A stretch of 64,000 bases of DNA from Promethearchaeota archaeon (GCA_016840085.1 JAEOTA010000081.1:160001-224000); one strand, 5' to 3'; shown: positions 53,772-63,093, counted from the first letter of the stretch. The notes: generated from the sequence alone by a model not told the origin. Numbers and translations: made by a program.

Positions 53772-54126
53772 TTTATGAAAAGATGTATATGAATATTATC
53801 TATTGATTTTAATTAAGTTAATTTTGTAATATATTTTTAAAAGTTTATAATTTTGATACATATAGATTTTCAAATGATTACAAATTGAAAAATTCATTGA
53901 TTAAATAAATATTAGATAAATTCTAAAATTATTTTAAGAACTATTAGTGAAAATTATTAGATCATGATACTTTAATAGTGAAGGGAGAAAATAACCATCT
54001 TTTAAAAATCTTAAAGGCTTCACACACCAATCCAAAAAACTTAAAAAATACAAGATTTATTAATATTTTCTAAAAAATTTAATAATTAAGTTAAAAATTA
54101 ATCTATAATTTCTCTTAATAAATATT

Positions 54127-55278
54127 ATGAATGATCTTATACCTATTGAGAGAGTATTAGAAGAAAATATTAGAGTCAAAGAACTTGAAAGACAAGGATT
54201 CATAATAAAACCTGACAATATTGAAATCTATATAAAAGAATTTGAAAATCGAACTAGTGTTTTGCCAGATGAGAATTACTGGAGAGAAAAAAGGGTTCTT
54301 ATTACTGGAATCAGTGGTTTTGCTGGAAGTCATTTAGCAGAACAACTATTAGATTTAGGATGTGAGGTACATGGAACCATTCGAAGACATGCTGTTCCAA
54401 TGCATGAAAATATTGAACATTTGAGAGGAAAAATATATTTACATGAAGCAGATATTACGAGTGCTGAACGTATACTTAGTATATTTGAAAAAATTCGACC
54501 TAATGCTGTTTTTCATTTAGCAGCAGAATCTTTTGTTCCAACTTCTTTTCGAGAGCCTGTGAGGGTAAGTCATAATAACATTGTAGGCACAATTAAAATA
54601 TTTGAAGCAGCACGGAGATTCGATGACGGCTTAGAAAGTGTTCATGTTGCCTGTAGTAGCGAGCAATATGGATTAGTTGATCCAAATGAGGTTCCAGTTG
54701 TAGAAGATTTAAAAAAAAATCCTTTTAGACCAAGAAGTATTTATGCTATATCTAAAGTTGCGACAGAACAGATTGCTTGGTTATATCATAATTCATATAG
54801 CGTACCAAGTATAATTACTCGAGGATTTAATCATGAAGGACCTAGAAGAGGAATACAATTTGTCACAAGCGTCATTCATCGACAAATTGTTGAAATCATG
54901 AATAACAAGAGAAAAAAAATTATTATTGGAAACCCAAATGCTATTCGTGATTTTACTCATGTTAAAGACACGGTTAATGCTTATATTTTAGTTAGTGAGA
55001 AAAAAAAATACGGTGAACCCTTTAATGTTTGTTCAGGAAAAGGTATTACAATAGCAGACTATGTAAAGTTGGCCAAAAGAGTCTTTAATATTAAAGTAGA
55101 CGTGTTTGTAGATCCCAAACGTAAGCGACCAAGTGAGGTTCCTTTATTAATAGGGAAAAATGATAAAATTGTAAAATCGATAGGATGGCGACCCGTAAGA
55201 TCAATTCTTGATATTATTAAAGAAGGTGTCGAATATTTCCAACAACATCCAGAACAGTTAGGTATTGAAGCTCATTAA
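54127..55278 (+). CDS. gmd: GDP-mannose 4,6-dehydratase family SDR
   Basis: ITGISGFAGSHLAE, HLAAESFV..SF, SSEQYG, RS.YAISK, FNHEGPRRG..FVT, GN..A.RDF, RPSEV..L.G. Confidence 0.85.
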   Translation: MNDLIPIERVLEENIRVKELERQGFIIKPDNIEIYIKEFENRTSVLPDENYWREKRVLITGISGFAGSHLAEQLLDLGCEVHGTIRRHAVPMHENIEHLRGKIYLHEADITSAERILSIFEKIRPNAVFHLAAESFVPTSFREPVRVSHNNIVGTIKIFEAARRFDDGLESVHVACSSEQYGLVDPNEVPVVEDLKKNPFRPRSIYAISKVATEQIAWLYHNSYSVPSIITRGFNHEGPRRGIQFVTSVIHRQIVEIMNNKRKKIIIGNPNAIRDFTHVKDTVNAYILVSEKKKYGEPFNVCSGKGITIADYVKLAKRVFNIKVDVFVDPKRKRPSEVPLLIGKNDKIVKSIGWRPVRSILDIIKEGVEYFQQHPEQLGIEAH

Positions 55279-55325
55279 ATTTCGAATTTTTTGAATATTC
55301 TTCTTAAAAACCTTAACATCTTTTT

Positions 55326-56531
55326 TTATATGTTTATTTTAAGGTCTAGAAATTCAGCAATCCGTTTGCAAGAATTTCCATCATGGAATTTATTGACAAG
55401 TTCATTCACATTTCTTCTTCGTTCTTCATATTCAGGAGACCATTGTTCAATAGTTTTTAAATGATGAATCAAATTTGAAATATTATAAACAATTGGTGCT
55501 GGAATAAATTTTTCATAATCATGATAATATAATCCACGTTCATTTTTGTAAAATTCAAGGTCATATGGGAATGAAATAATCGGTTTGTTATCAATTAATA
55601 AAAAATCAAACATGATTGAAGAATAATCAGATATTAATACATCTGATATTAATAATAGTTCTTGAGGGTCTGAATAAGAATCGGGTATTATAATATGGTC
55701 TAAATCTAAATTATCAATTTCTTTTACAAATACATGTGTTTTAAATATTAATATTGAATTGTTTTCTTTTAAAAAATTATTTAGTGTAACCATATCAGTT
55801 TTAGAAAACGGCATTTTTGCAATACGATTTTCCCTAAACGTTGGGGCATACAATATAATTTTTTTAATTTCTTTTGAAATTCCTTGTTGTTCTTTAAAAA
55901 TATTAATTTCTGATGCAGTTTTATTATATAAGAAATCATGTCTTGGATACCCCGTTATAATAATTTTTTCTGAAGGCACTCTGTATGCGCTTTTCATTTT
56001 TTGTTTATCATCTTCTGATGTGGCTAAAATATAAGAAATTTCTTTGGAAAACATTTGAAGTACCTGGAAATTATATCTATTAAATCTTGTTGTTGGTGAA
56101 TCAAATCCAACTTTTTTAATTGCACTTCCATGCCACGTAAGAATAAGTTTTGTTTTTTTTGAAAATTTAATAGGTAGGACATCACCTTCACCATGTGTTA
56201 CAAAAACACATCTTGCATTTCTTAATTTTGAAAAAGCCTTGAAAGAAAATGCATAAAGAGATTTTAATTCCATCTTATTCAGTTTCTTTACAATTTCTTT
56301 TGACCTTGAGATCCAAATACATTCGTAATTGGAAAATTTATTAAGATATAAAAACAAGTATTTTGTATTTCCGATAAAAGATTTTCCAAGATAACCTCCA
56401 AATATTAATAAATTATTGTCTATTTTAGATATTTTTAATCTAGAAATTAATCTTAAGCCTTTCAGAAGTGATATTTTTGCAAAATACTTAAAAAACTTAG
56501 AAATTTTACTAATCATTGTTTTCTTCAACAT
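55326..56531 (-). CDS. CDP-glycerol glycerophosphotransferase (TagF/TagB-like)
   Basis: GNTKYLF, TWHG.AIKK, TGYPR.D, ILYAPTFR, ISDYSSI.FDF, DGNSC.RI. Confidence 0.92.
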   Translation of the reverse strand: MLKKTMISKISKFFKYFAKISLLKGLRLISRLKISKIDNNLLIFGGYLGKSFIGNTKYLFLYLNKFSNYECIWISRSKEIVKKLNKMELKSLYAFSFKAFSKLRNARCVFVTHGEGDVLPIKFSKKTKLILTWHGSAIKKVGFDSPTTRFNRYNFQVLQMFSKEISYILATSEDDKQKMKSAYRVPSEKIIITGYPRHDFLYNKTASEINIFKEQQGISKEIKKIILYAPTFRENRIAKMPFSKTDMVTLNNFLKENNSILIFKTHVFVKEIDNLDLDHIIIPDSYSDPQELLLISDVLISDYSSIMFDFLLIDNKPIISFPYDLEFYKNERGLYYHDYEKFIPAPIVYNISNLIHHLKTIEQWSPEYEERRRNVNELVNKFHDGNSCKRIAEFLDLKINI

Positions 56532-56985
56532 TTTTAATTTTTGGATTGTCTAAGTAAGTAAAATCTATTTTTTTTGATAAAACTAAATTTCCTTGAAATT
56601 TTTTTATAAAAGATCTCCAATCATACAAATATATCTTTAATTATGAGTCATAATAGTATAATCTACATGTAATAAGAATTTTTAACAAAAAAATTTAATT
56701 CTTCTAATATTGTGTATAATTAACATTTAAATATCATCAATTTTGAAATTAGAAATGCTAATTTAACAGAAAACCACGTTTATTATTAGCATAAAGATTA
56801 AGATTTATTAAAAGAAAAAAGAAGCTTTTCTTTTAAAAGTAGAGTAATTTTCGCCAAACTCATAGTAGAAATTAAATCTATCTATTGTTTTTGCATGTTT
56901 TATCAAAAATTCTTTATACATCTTTATTTCTTTAGAAATTGAGTATTATTGGAATGCATTTTCTTTAGTTAAATATACTTATGCT

Positions 56986-57033
56986 AAATATTTTCAAGAA
57001 CATCCAGAACAATTAGGCACCGATGTGCATTAA
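56986..57033 (+). repeat. Diverged duplicate of the last 16 codons of gmd
   Basis: KYFQEHPEQLGTDVH* versus EYFQQHPEQLGIEAH* at 55231-55278. Confidence 0.88.
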
Positions 57034-57108
57034 ATCTTTTCAAATTTAAAAAAATATTATTTACGATTTTCTTTTTATAGATAAAAATTTTATCTTTTAA
57101 GGAAAAGG

Positions 57109-57825
57109 CTATAAATTTAATACATTTTTTTGTATTTTTATTAATTCTAAAATACCTTTTTCCCCTAACTCCATTATTTCATTTAACTTCTTTTTAGTGA
57201 AAGTAGCACTTTCAGCGGTTCCTTGAATTTCAATAATTTCGGAATCTTCATTCATTACTAAATTAAAATCAACATCAACCTTAGAATCCTCAACATAATT
57301 CAAATCAAGTGAGATATTATCATCTTTTATACCTAATGAAATTGCTGCAATAGTTTTGTAATCTGGAAATTCATATATTAATTGTTGATCATACATATAG
57401 TTAATAGCATCAAAAACGGCTACAAATGCACCTGTAATTGAAGCACATCTAGTACCTCCATCTGCTTGTATTACATCACAATCTATCCTGATTGTACGCT
57501 CCCCAAGTTTTTCATAATTGAAAGCGGCACGCATAGATCGTCCAATTAGTCTTTGAATCTCCATAGATCTTCCTCTATAAGTCTCTCTTTGATTTCTGAT
57601 TTGTGTTGCTCTAGGTAACATCGAATATTCTGCGGTTATCCATCCTGTTCCTGTGTCTACTAAAAATCTTGGAACCGATTCTGTCACTGATGCCGTCACA
57701 ATTATTTTTGTATGTCCTTGAGTTATTAGTACTGAACCTTCAGGATATTTAAGATAATTACGTTCAATAGTAGTCTTTCTTAACTCATCATATTTGCGAC
57801 CATCAAACCTTATTTTCTGATCCAT
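57109..57825 (-). CDS. rph: Ribonuclease PH, bacterial type
   Basis: R.DGR...LR, GWITAEYSMLPRAT, EIQRLIGRSMRA, LGERTI.IDCDVIQADGGTRCASITG, EIQGTAE. Confidence 0.95.
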   Translation of the reverse strand: MDQKIRFDGRKYDELRKTTIERNYLKYPEGSVLITQGHTKIIVTASVTESVPRFLVDTGTGWITAEYSMLPRATQIRNQRETYRGRSMEIQRLIGRSMRAAFNYEKLGERTIRIDCDVIQADGGTRCASITGAFVAVFDAINYMYDQQLIYEFPDYKTIAAISLGIKDDNISLDLNYVEDSKVDVDFNLVMNEDSEIIEIQGTAESATFTKKKLNEIMELGEKGILELIKIQKNVLNL

Positions 57826-57911
57826 TGAAAATATACCATTTTTTAGTAAAAAAAGTATATAGATATATTTTTTGTAAAGTAAAAAAGTTACTAAAAATGA
57901 ATTGAATTCTG

Positions 57912-59015
57912 CTATTTAAAAATTGGATAAGATCCTAATAGTTTATACCAAATAACAATCTCATTCATTTCATTTAATACTTCTTTTATTTTAGGGTCTT
58001 CCCTATCACCTTCAAAATCCATTAGAAATATATATTCCCATCGACCTTTCCTACGTGGCCGAGATTCAATTTTCATTAAATTAATACCTGCATCAGCAAA
58101 AATTTTTAGTACACGATATAAAGCTCCGGGAATATGCTTAGTGACAAAAACTATAGAAGTTTTAACTTTATCTTCTTTTAGTTTATTTTCTTTTTTAGAA
58201 ATTATTAAAAACCGTGTATAATTTGAAGGGTTGTCTTCAATCCTTGAATTAAGAACCTTTAAATTATATATTTTACATGAAAATTCAGTACCGATAGCCG
58301 CGTACGATTCATCGTCTAATTCTTCAACTCTACGAACGGCTTCAGCTGTTGAATTTACATTAATCATATTAACATTAGGTAAATATGCTTTAATCCAAGA
58401 TCTTGTTTGAGCAAACGCTTGAGGATGGGAAATTATATTTATAATTTTTGACAAATCAGAATTTTCTAAAGAAATTAAATTTTGAATAATTCTTAACTCA
58501 ATTTCCCCAAATATTATGAGATTTTTTTCAATTAATAAGTCAAGGGTTTCTCTAACAGTACCTTGAAGGCTATTTTCAATTGGAATAACTCCAAAATAAA
58601 TAATATCTTTTTCTATATTTTCAAATATCTCTGAAGTACTATTAAACGTTTTGAATTCTGATCCCGCTTTTGGAAAATATTCAAGAGCTGCTTGATGGGT
58701 AAATGTCCCTTCGGGCCCGAGATACCCTACTTTATTAATAGCTCCTTGAATTAATTTGCTTGCACTCATTATCTCTTTCCAAATTGCGTCAATACTCCCA
58801 TTTTTAAAAATTGTTGCTTTATTTTTTAGTCTTTCAATAATTTTTTTTTCTCTTTGGGGCTCTAGTACTTTTAAATTTAACTTTTGTTTTAAGTTACCAA
58901 TTTCAATTACAATCTTTCCTCGATTGTTTAAGAGATCTACAATAGCGTCATCAATTTTATCGATTTCGTCTCGTAATTTTCTTAATTTTTTCTCTTGGTT
59001 ATTATTTTCACTCAT
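57912..59015 (-). CDS. pheA: Chorismate mutase/prephenate dehydratase (P-protein)
   Basis: LRDEID.ID..IV.LL..R, LGPEGTFT, PIENS, SHPQA, NYTRF, ACT domain IESRP. Confidence 0.95.
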   Translation of the reverse strand: MSENNNQEKKLRKLRDEIDKIDDAIVDLLNNRGKIVIEIGNLKQKLNLKVLEPQREKKIIERLKNKATIFKNGSIDAIWKEIMSASKLIQGAINKVGYLGPEGTFTHQAALEYFPKAGSEFKTFNSTSEIFENIEKDIIYFGVIPIENSLQGTVRETLDLLIEKNLIIFGEIELRIIQNLISLENSDLSKIINIISHPQAFAQTRSWIKAYLPNVNMINVNSTAEAVRRVEELDDESYAAIGTEFSCKIYNLKVLNSRIEDNPSNYTRFLIISKKENKLKEDKVKTSIVFVTKHIPGALYRVLKIFADAGINLMKIESRPRRKGRWEYIFLMDFEGDREDPKIKEVLNEMNEIVIWYKLLGSYPIFK

Positions 59016-59054
59016 TTTTCAAAATTATAGTGTTTTTAATATAAAAATGATAAA

Positions 59055-60740
59055 TTATAATTGATCAAAAAAATGTTCAATATTTAATTCAAATGCCGCA
59101 ACTGGAAATTCTAATTTAAAATTTAATAAAACTTCTGGATGTATTTCACCAATTTCTCCTATAATAGAACCATTCAAATAGATTTCCCCATATCGGCCAT
59201 CTATATAGCTTTGATTTTTACCAGGTTTAACTTCATAATTATTATATTCTCCAAGTGAGTTTATTATGAAATCTAAAGTAGACTTTATTTCAGTATAATC
59301 TGCATCTTCATGATATGAAACAGCAGATAAATGAACTTCTCTCTTTGTTCCCGTTTCCTCTTTTTTTGATAATAAAATTATATCCCCAACCTCGAAAATT
59401 TTAATAGGTTTTTCTTCAGATCTATTTAAAAGTAATGTATCCATTAATTTGGGAAGAATTCTCGTTCTAGTTGTATTATACTCTTTAGAAACGGGATTTG
59501 CTATTTCAACAATTTTATCCTTATTATATTCTTGGTTCATATACTTAAATTGTTTTTCTGAACTTGTTAGAATGAAATTAAGAACTTCTAAGTATCCTGC
59601 TCCAATCATAATTTTCCTTATTCGATTAGAATAATCTTGTATTGGATGATATTGACCGATGCCACCTTCGCGAATTGTAAGAGGTAAATTAATGTAGCCA
59701 TAACCAATAGCACATTCCTCAGTAAAATCAACTGGATGCATTATATCCCCCCTATAAGCAGGTACTAATATATCTAAATATCCCTTCTTTTTAGATTCTA
59801 CTGCACCCATTCTTACTTTTTTAAAACATTTTATCATTTCTGAAATTGTTAAATTCAAACCAATAATGCTATTAATGTAGTCGACATTAACCATCCATTT
59901 TTTTGGGTTCAAATCAGGTGTAATTACCACACTTTTTCCTTCATAATTAACTTTTACAGTTTCTAATTTTGCTCCCATGTCCATCAATGTAGTTGATAGG
60001 ATGTTTAATGCTAAATTAACTGCTTTTAAATCGGTTCCTGTTAAATCTAAAAATAAATTTTTGGTTTCATCTGTTACAGTTGTGAGAACTCCGTTTATAA
60101 CAGGTGGAAAGGACAATACTTCATTCTTTTTATCAAAAATAATAGGATATACTTCTTTTCCTTCTAAAATATGGGCATACTCAATACCCTTATCGTGTAA
60201 TAATAAAATTTCTTCCAAATTCATAGGATATCCATCTCCATGTAATGGAACAAAGCTAACAGAATCTGGTTTTACAGCAGTGTATCTATAGGGAGGTGAA
60301 ACTTTATCAAAATCATGAACTCCAATGGCAACTTTTTTTCTATCCCTTCCTACCGCCCAATGTAGATGTTCTTGAATATTCATCAATGTAGCCACTTCAT
60401 CCTCATCTAAATCAATATCTCGTATAACTCCACAGACTATGTATGGTCGAACTTTTTTTACGAGGGGATCTACATTTAAAACTGTTTCTCCTGAAATAAT
60501 TTCATAAGTTGGAAGGCCTTCCTCAATTTCATAGTAACCCTTAAGAGCTCTCGCAATACCCTCTGGGCTAGAAAAATCTGGCCTATTGGGATTGTATTCA
60601 ACTTTTACCACCTGTTCTTCTTCATTAATATCTTCTAAATCTAAACTAATCCATTGGAGATCATATTCTAATTCTTTTAGATCTAATTTTCTCCCAACTA
60701 ATTTTTCTAATCTTTCAACCTTTAATTCAATTGTAGGCAT
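59055..60740 (-). CDS. pheT: Phenylalanine-tRNA ligase beta subunit (archaeal type)
   Basis: MPTI start, NRPD.SS.EG.ARAL, YRGDIMHPVD..E..AIGYGY, GEIHPEVL. Confidence 0.96.
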   Translation of the reverse strand: MPTIELKVERLEKLVGRKLDLKELEYDLQWISLDLEDINEEEQVVKVEYNPNRPDFSSPEGIARALKGYYEIEEGLPTYEIISGETVLNVDPLVKKVRPYIVCGVIRDIDLDEDEVATLMNIQEHLHWAVGRDRKKVAIGVHDFDKVSPPYRYTAVKPDSVSFVPLHGDGYPMNLEEILLLHDKGIEYAHILEGKEVYPIIFDKKNEVLSFPPVINGVLTTVTDETKNLFLDLTGTDLKAVNLALNILSTTLMDMGAKLETVKVNYEGKSVVITPDLNPKKWMVNVDYINSIIGLNLTISEMIKCFKKVRMGAVESKKKGYLDILVPAYRGDIMHPVDFTEECAIGYGYINLPLTIREGGIGQYHPIQDYSNRIRKIMIGAGYLEVLNFILTSSEKQFKYMNQEYNKDKIVEIANPVSKEYNTTRTRILPKLMDTLLLNRSEEKPIKIFEVGDIILLSKKEETGTKREVHLSAVSYHEDADYTEIKSTLDFIINSLGEYNNYEVKPGKNQSYIDGRYGEIYLNGSIIGEIGEIHPEVLLNFKLEFPVAAFELNIEHFFDQL

Positions 60741-60749
60741 TTTTTCACC

Positions 60750-62291
60750 TCATTTAAGATAAGATTGTTGTCTTAACCAATTTAATGGATTAATATAAAA
60801 ATCTCTAATATCCTTCCGACCATAATAAGGTATTGCGATTCGTTCAAGTCCTTGCCCCCAAGCTAAAACTCGAGTTGGTTCCTTTAACCCCCAAGGATAA
60901 GTCACTTCCGGGCGAAATATCCCAGAACCTCCCATCTCTAGCCACTCGTCAAATTTATCATAATATACTGAAACTTCCATGGAGGGTTCAGTATAAGGGA
61001 AAAATCCTGGTCTTGTAATAATCTTCTTAAATCCCATTTTTCTGTAAAATTCTGACAATAATCCAATTAAATCACATAATGTCACGTTATCATCAATCAC
61101 TATTCCTTCTATTTGAGTGAATTCTGCTAAATGTGATTTATCAACTTTTTCGTTACGAAATACCCTATCAATGCAAAACACCTTTACTGGCACTTTATCA
61201 TTATTTCTATAAAATTCTGCCAATCTTCGCATAGTTGTAGCTGTTGTGTGAGTTCTTAACACTGTTTTTTTAGCGATCTCAATATCCCATTTATAATCCC
61301 ATCCAGTAGAACCTGATTCTCCTCCATTTTCATGCATATCACGTACAGCCAAAACTCTATCTTTCTCGGGTAATTTTGCTGTTTTGGGATTATTAAGATA
61401 GAATGTATCTTGCATTTCACGAGCAGGATGATCTTGCGGTTGATATAAAGCATCAAAACAGTAAAAAGCACTCTCAATGATTGGGCCTCTTATCTCAGTA
61501 AAACCCATTGATAAGAAAATTTCTCTTATTTCATTAATCAAATTAATTAACGGATGGATTTTTCCTGCCTTTAACAATGGTCCAGGTTTAGTGACATCAA
61601 ACGGTTTTAAATTATAATTTTTCCATGTACCTAAACTTAGCATTTCTGATGAAATTTTACTTATTTGCTTCAATTCTTCAATTTTAGAAATAGATACTTT
61701 TTTCCCTTTTTCTGTTAAATATATAATTCTTTGAGTTTTTCGTGTTTTCTTTATTAATTTTCTTCTATTTAAAGTTTCAATTAAACTTAAATGATCTTTA
61801 GACAAAGTAGAATAATCAATCACACAATTTTCTTCAAATTTTTTCAAGAATTTTTCAAGTTCAGTTTGCGGAAACTCTTCAGAAATTAGGTAAACTTTAT
61901 TTTCTCCTGTCGCCTTACTCTGACCGATCCATCTATTTTTCTTCAAATTTGAAATTCCTATATAAAAAATATCTTCTTCTAAATTTGATTGTTTTAACAA
62001 ATTATCGAAGTTAATTTCTTTTATTTTGCTTTTTAACATTAAATTTAATAATTTACGTTCGGGTAATCCATTTTTCAAATAATCGATCCCTTCATTGTTT
62101 AATGAAATTTGATAGATTTCCTCTTCTTTGAAACCTCCCAAATCATATTCAATTAAATCATTAATTGTTGACATTAAGACTATATAATCGATTTTTAATT
62201 CTTTTGCTAGTTCTGCAGCTACCACATCAGAACTTTTTTTTTTTAAGACTTTTAAAATGTCAATTACTTGCTTTTTAAGTTTAATTGTCAT
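60750..62291 (-). CDS. pheS: Phenylalanine-tRNA ligase alpha subunit (archaeal type)
   Basis: FDAL.QPQDHPAREMQDTF, LRTHTT, FRNE..D..HLAEF.Q.EG, FFPYTEPS, AWG.GLER. Confidence 0.97.
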   Translation of the reverse strand: MTIKLKKQVIDILKVLKKKSSDVVAAELAKELKIDYIVLMSTINDLIEYDLGGFKEEEIYQISLNNEGIDYLKNGLPERKLLNLMLKSKIKEINFDNLLKQSNLEEDIFYIGISNLKKNRWIGQSKATGENKVYLISEEFPQTELEKFLKKFEENCVIDYSTLSKDHLSLIETLNRRKLIKKTRKTQRIIYLTEKGKKVSISKIEELKQISKISSEMLSLGTWKNYNLKPFDVTKPGPLLKAGKIHPLINLINEIREIFLSMGFTEIRGPIIESAFYCFDALYQPQDHPAREMQDTFYLNNPKTAKLPEKDRVLAVRDMHENGGESGSTGWDYKWDIEIAKKTVLRTHTTATTMRRLAEFYRNNDKVPVKVFCIDRVFRNEKVDKSHLAEFTQIEGIVIDDNVTLCDLIGLLSEFYRKMGFKKIITRPGFFPYTEPSMEVSVYYDKFDEWLEMGGSGIFRPEVTYPWGLKEPTRVLAWGQGLERIAIPYYGRKDIRDFYINPLNWLRQQSYLK

Positions 62292-62466
62292 GCTTTTGAA
62301 TCGAATTTTTTATTTTTTCATTATTATTTTTAAAATCTCTAATGTATTTAAATCTTTCGTGAATTAAATCGCTTTATTTTGCTCTATCTCGAATTAGAAC
62401 AAAATTTAAACATTTTTTATTATGAAATTTTGGATTTTAAGAAAGATAAGCTCAAGCTCGTCCGCA

Positions 62467-62508
62467 GCCAAGGGAACTATCTCAGCTATTAATATCTATT
62501 CCCTTGGC
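62467..62508 (-). promoter_or_regulatory. GC-rich hairpin GCCAAGGGAA-N22-TTCCCTTGGC upstream of pheS
   Basis: Perfect 10-bp inverted repeat (62467-62476 and 62499-62508) in otherwise AT-rich DNA. Confidence 0.7.
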
Positions 62509-62585
62509 AGAATAAAGAATTTAAAGAGAAATGAATCTTGAGAAATTTGTATATTCAGAAGATTAGGTGTTTTACATATTTTCAT
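62496..62585 (-). CDS. Candidate Phe-rich leader peptide MKICKTPNLLNIQISQDSFLFKFFILPRE
   Basis: ATG 62585 to TAG 62496; four Phe within six codons just before the hairpin; below the ORF-track size cutoff. Confidence 0.4.
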   Translation of the reverse strand: MKICKTPNLLNIQISQDSFLFKFFILPRE

Positions 62586-62652
62586 ATATATATCTCTATT
62601 CAAGTATTCATTTCTTATGATTTATTAAAAGAATACTCAATAAAAAATTTTA

Positions 62653-63093
62653 TTAAATTAAATTTTCTCTAATGGAAGTCGAACTTATTTTAATATTATT
62701 TTTATCCTTGATAATAGGAATTACAATAATTACTAAAGGTTTAAAGCTTTTATTTACTCGTATCTCGTTAATTCTTAAAGCTGTTTCATATGTTTCCTGA
62801 CTTACAACTATACCTTCATATTCCGATTCATTAATAGGAGGACCGTAAGGATCATTTAACTCTACAATATTCGCTCGTTTTATATCTGTAAATGTCTTAA
62901 TATATGATTTAAGATTCCTTTCACGTGTTGCGTAATCCTCAAGTTTTGAAGCAGCTTTCTTATTCTTCAATAATTTTTCTGTTGTTAACCCTATTACAAT
63001 TTTTTTTGAAATAGATAAAGCAGTTTTTATAAGTAACTTATGTCCTTCATGAAGATGATCAAAAGTCCCACCTAATCCAACTTGATTGAGAAT
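62653..63093 (-). CDS. coaD: Archaeal phosphopantetheine adenylyltransferase, probable ATT start
   Basis: The frame extends upstream of 62970 through VGLGGTFDHLHEGHK; DPYGP, IVVS.ET, KISST.IR. Confidence 0.9.
   Translation of the reverse strand: MLNQVGLGGTFDHLHEGHKLLIKTALSISKKIVIGLTTEKLLKNKKAASKLEDYATRERNLKSYIKTFTDIKRANIVELNDPYGPPINESEYEGIVVSQETYETALRINEIRVNKSFKPLVIIVIPIIKDKNNIKISSTSIRENLI

Noticed and set aside
56809-56837. Inverted repeat TTAAAAGAAAA...TTTTCTTTTAA
   Set aside because: Almost all A/T, so expected by chance at this composition
8683-61477. Short ORFs overlapping long genes (e.g. 8683, 9081, 10080, 10371, 13146, 14422, 18215, 20940, 22649, 23131, 23438, 23487, 34397, 35040, 36255, 37725, 49537, 55759, 58756, 59449, 59977, 60833, 61256)
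   Set aside because: Antisense or off-frame shadows of well-supported CDSs, with no motifs
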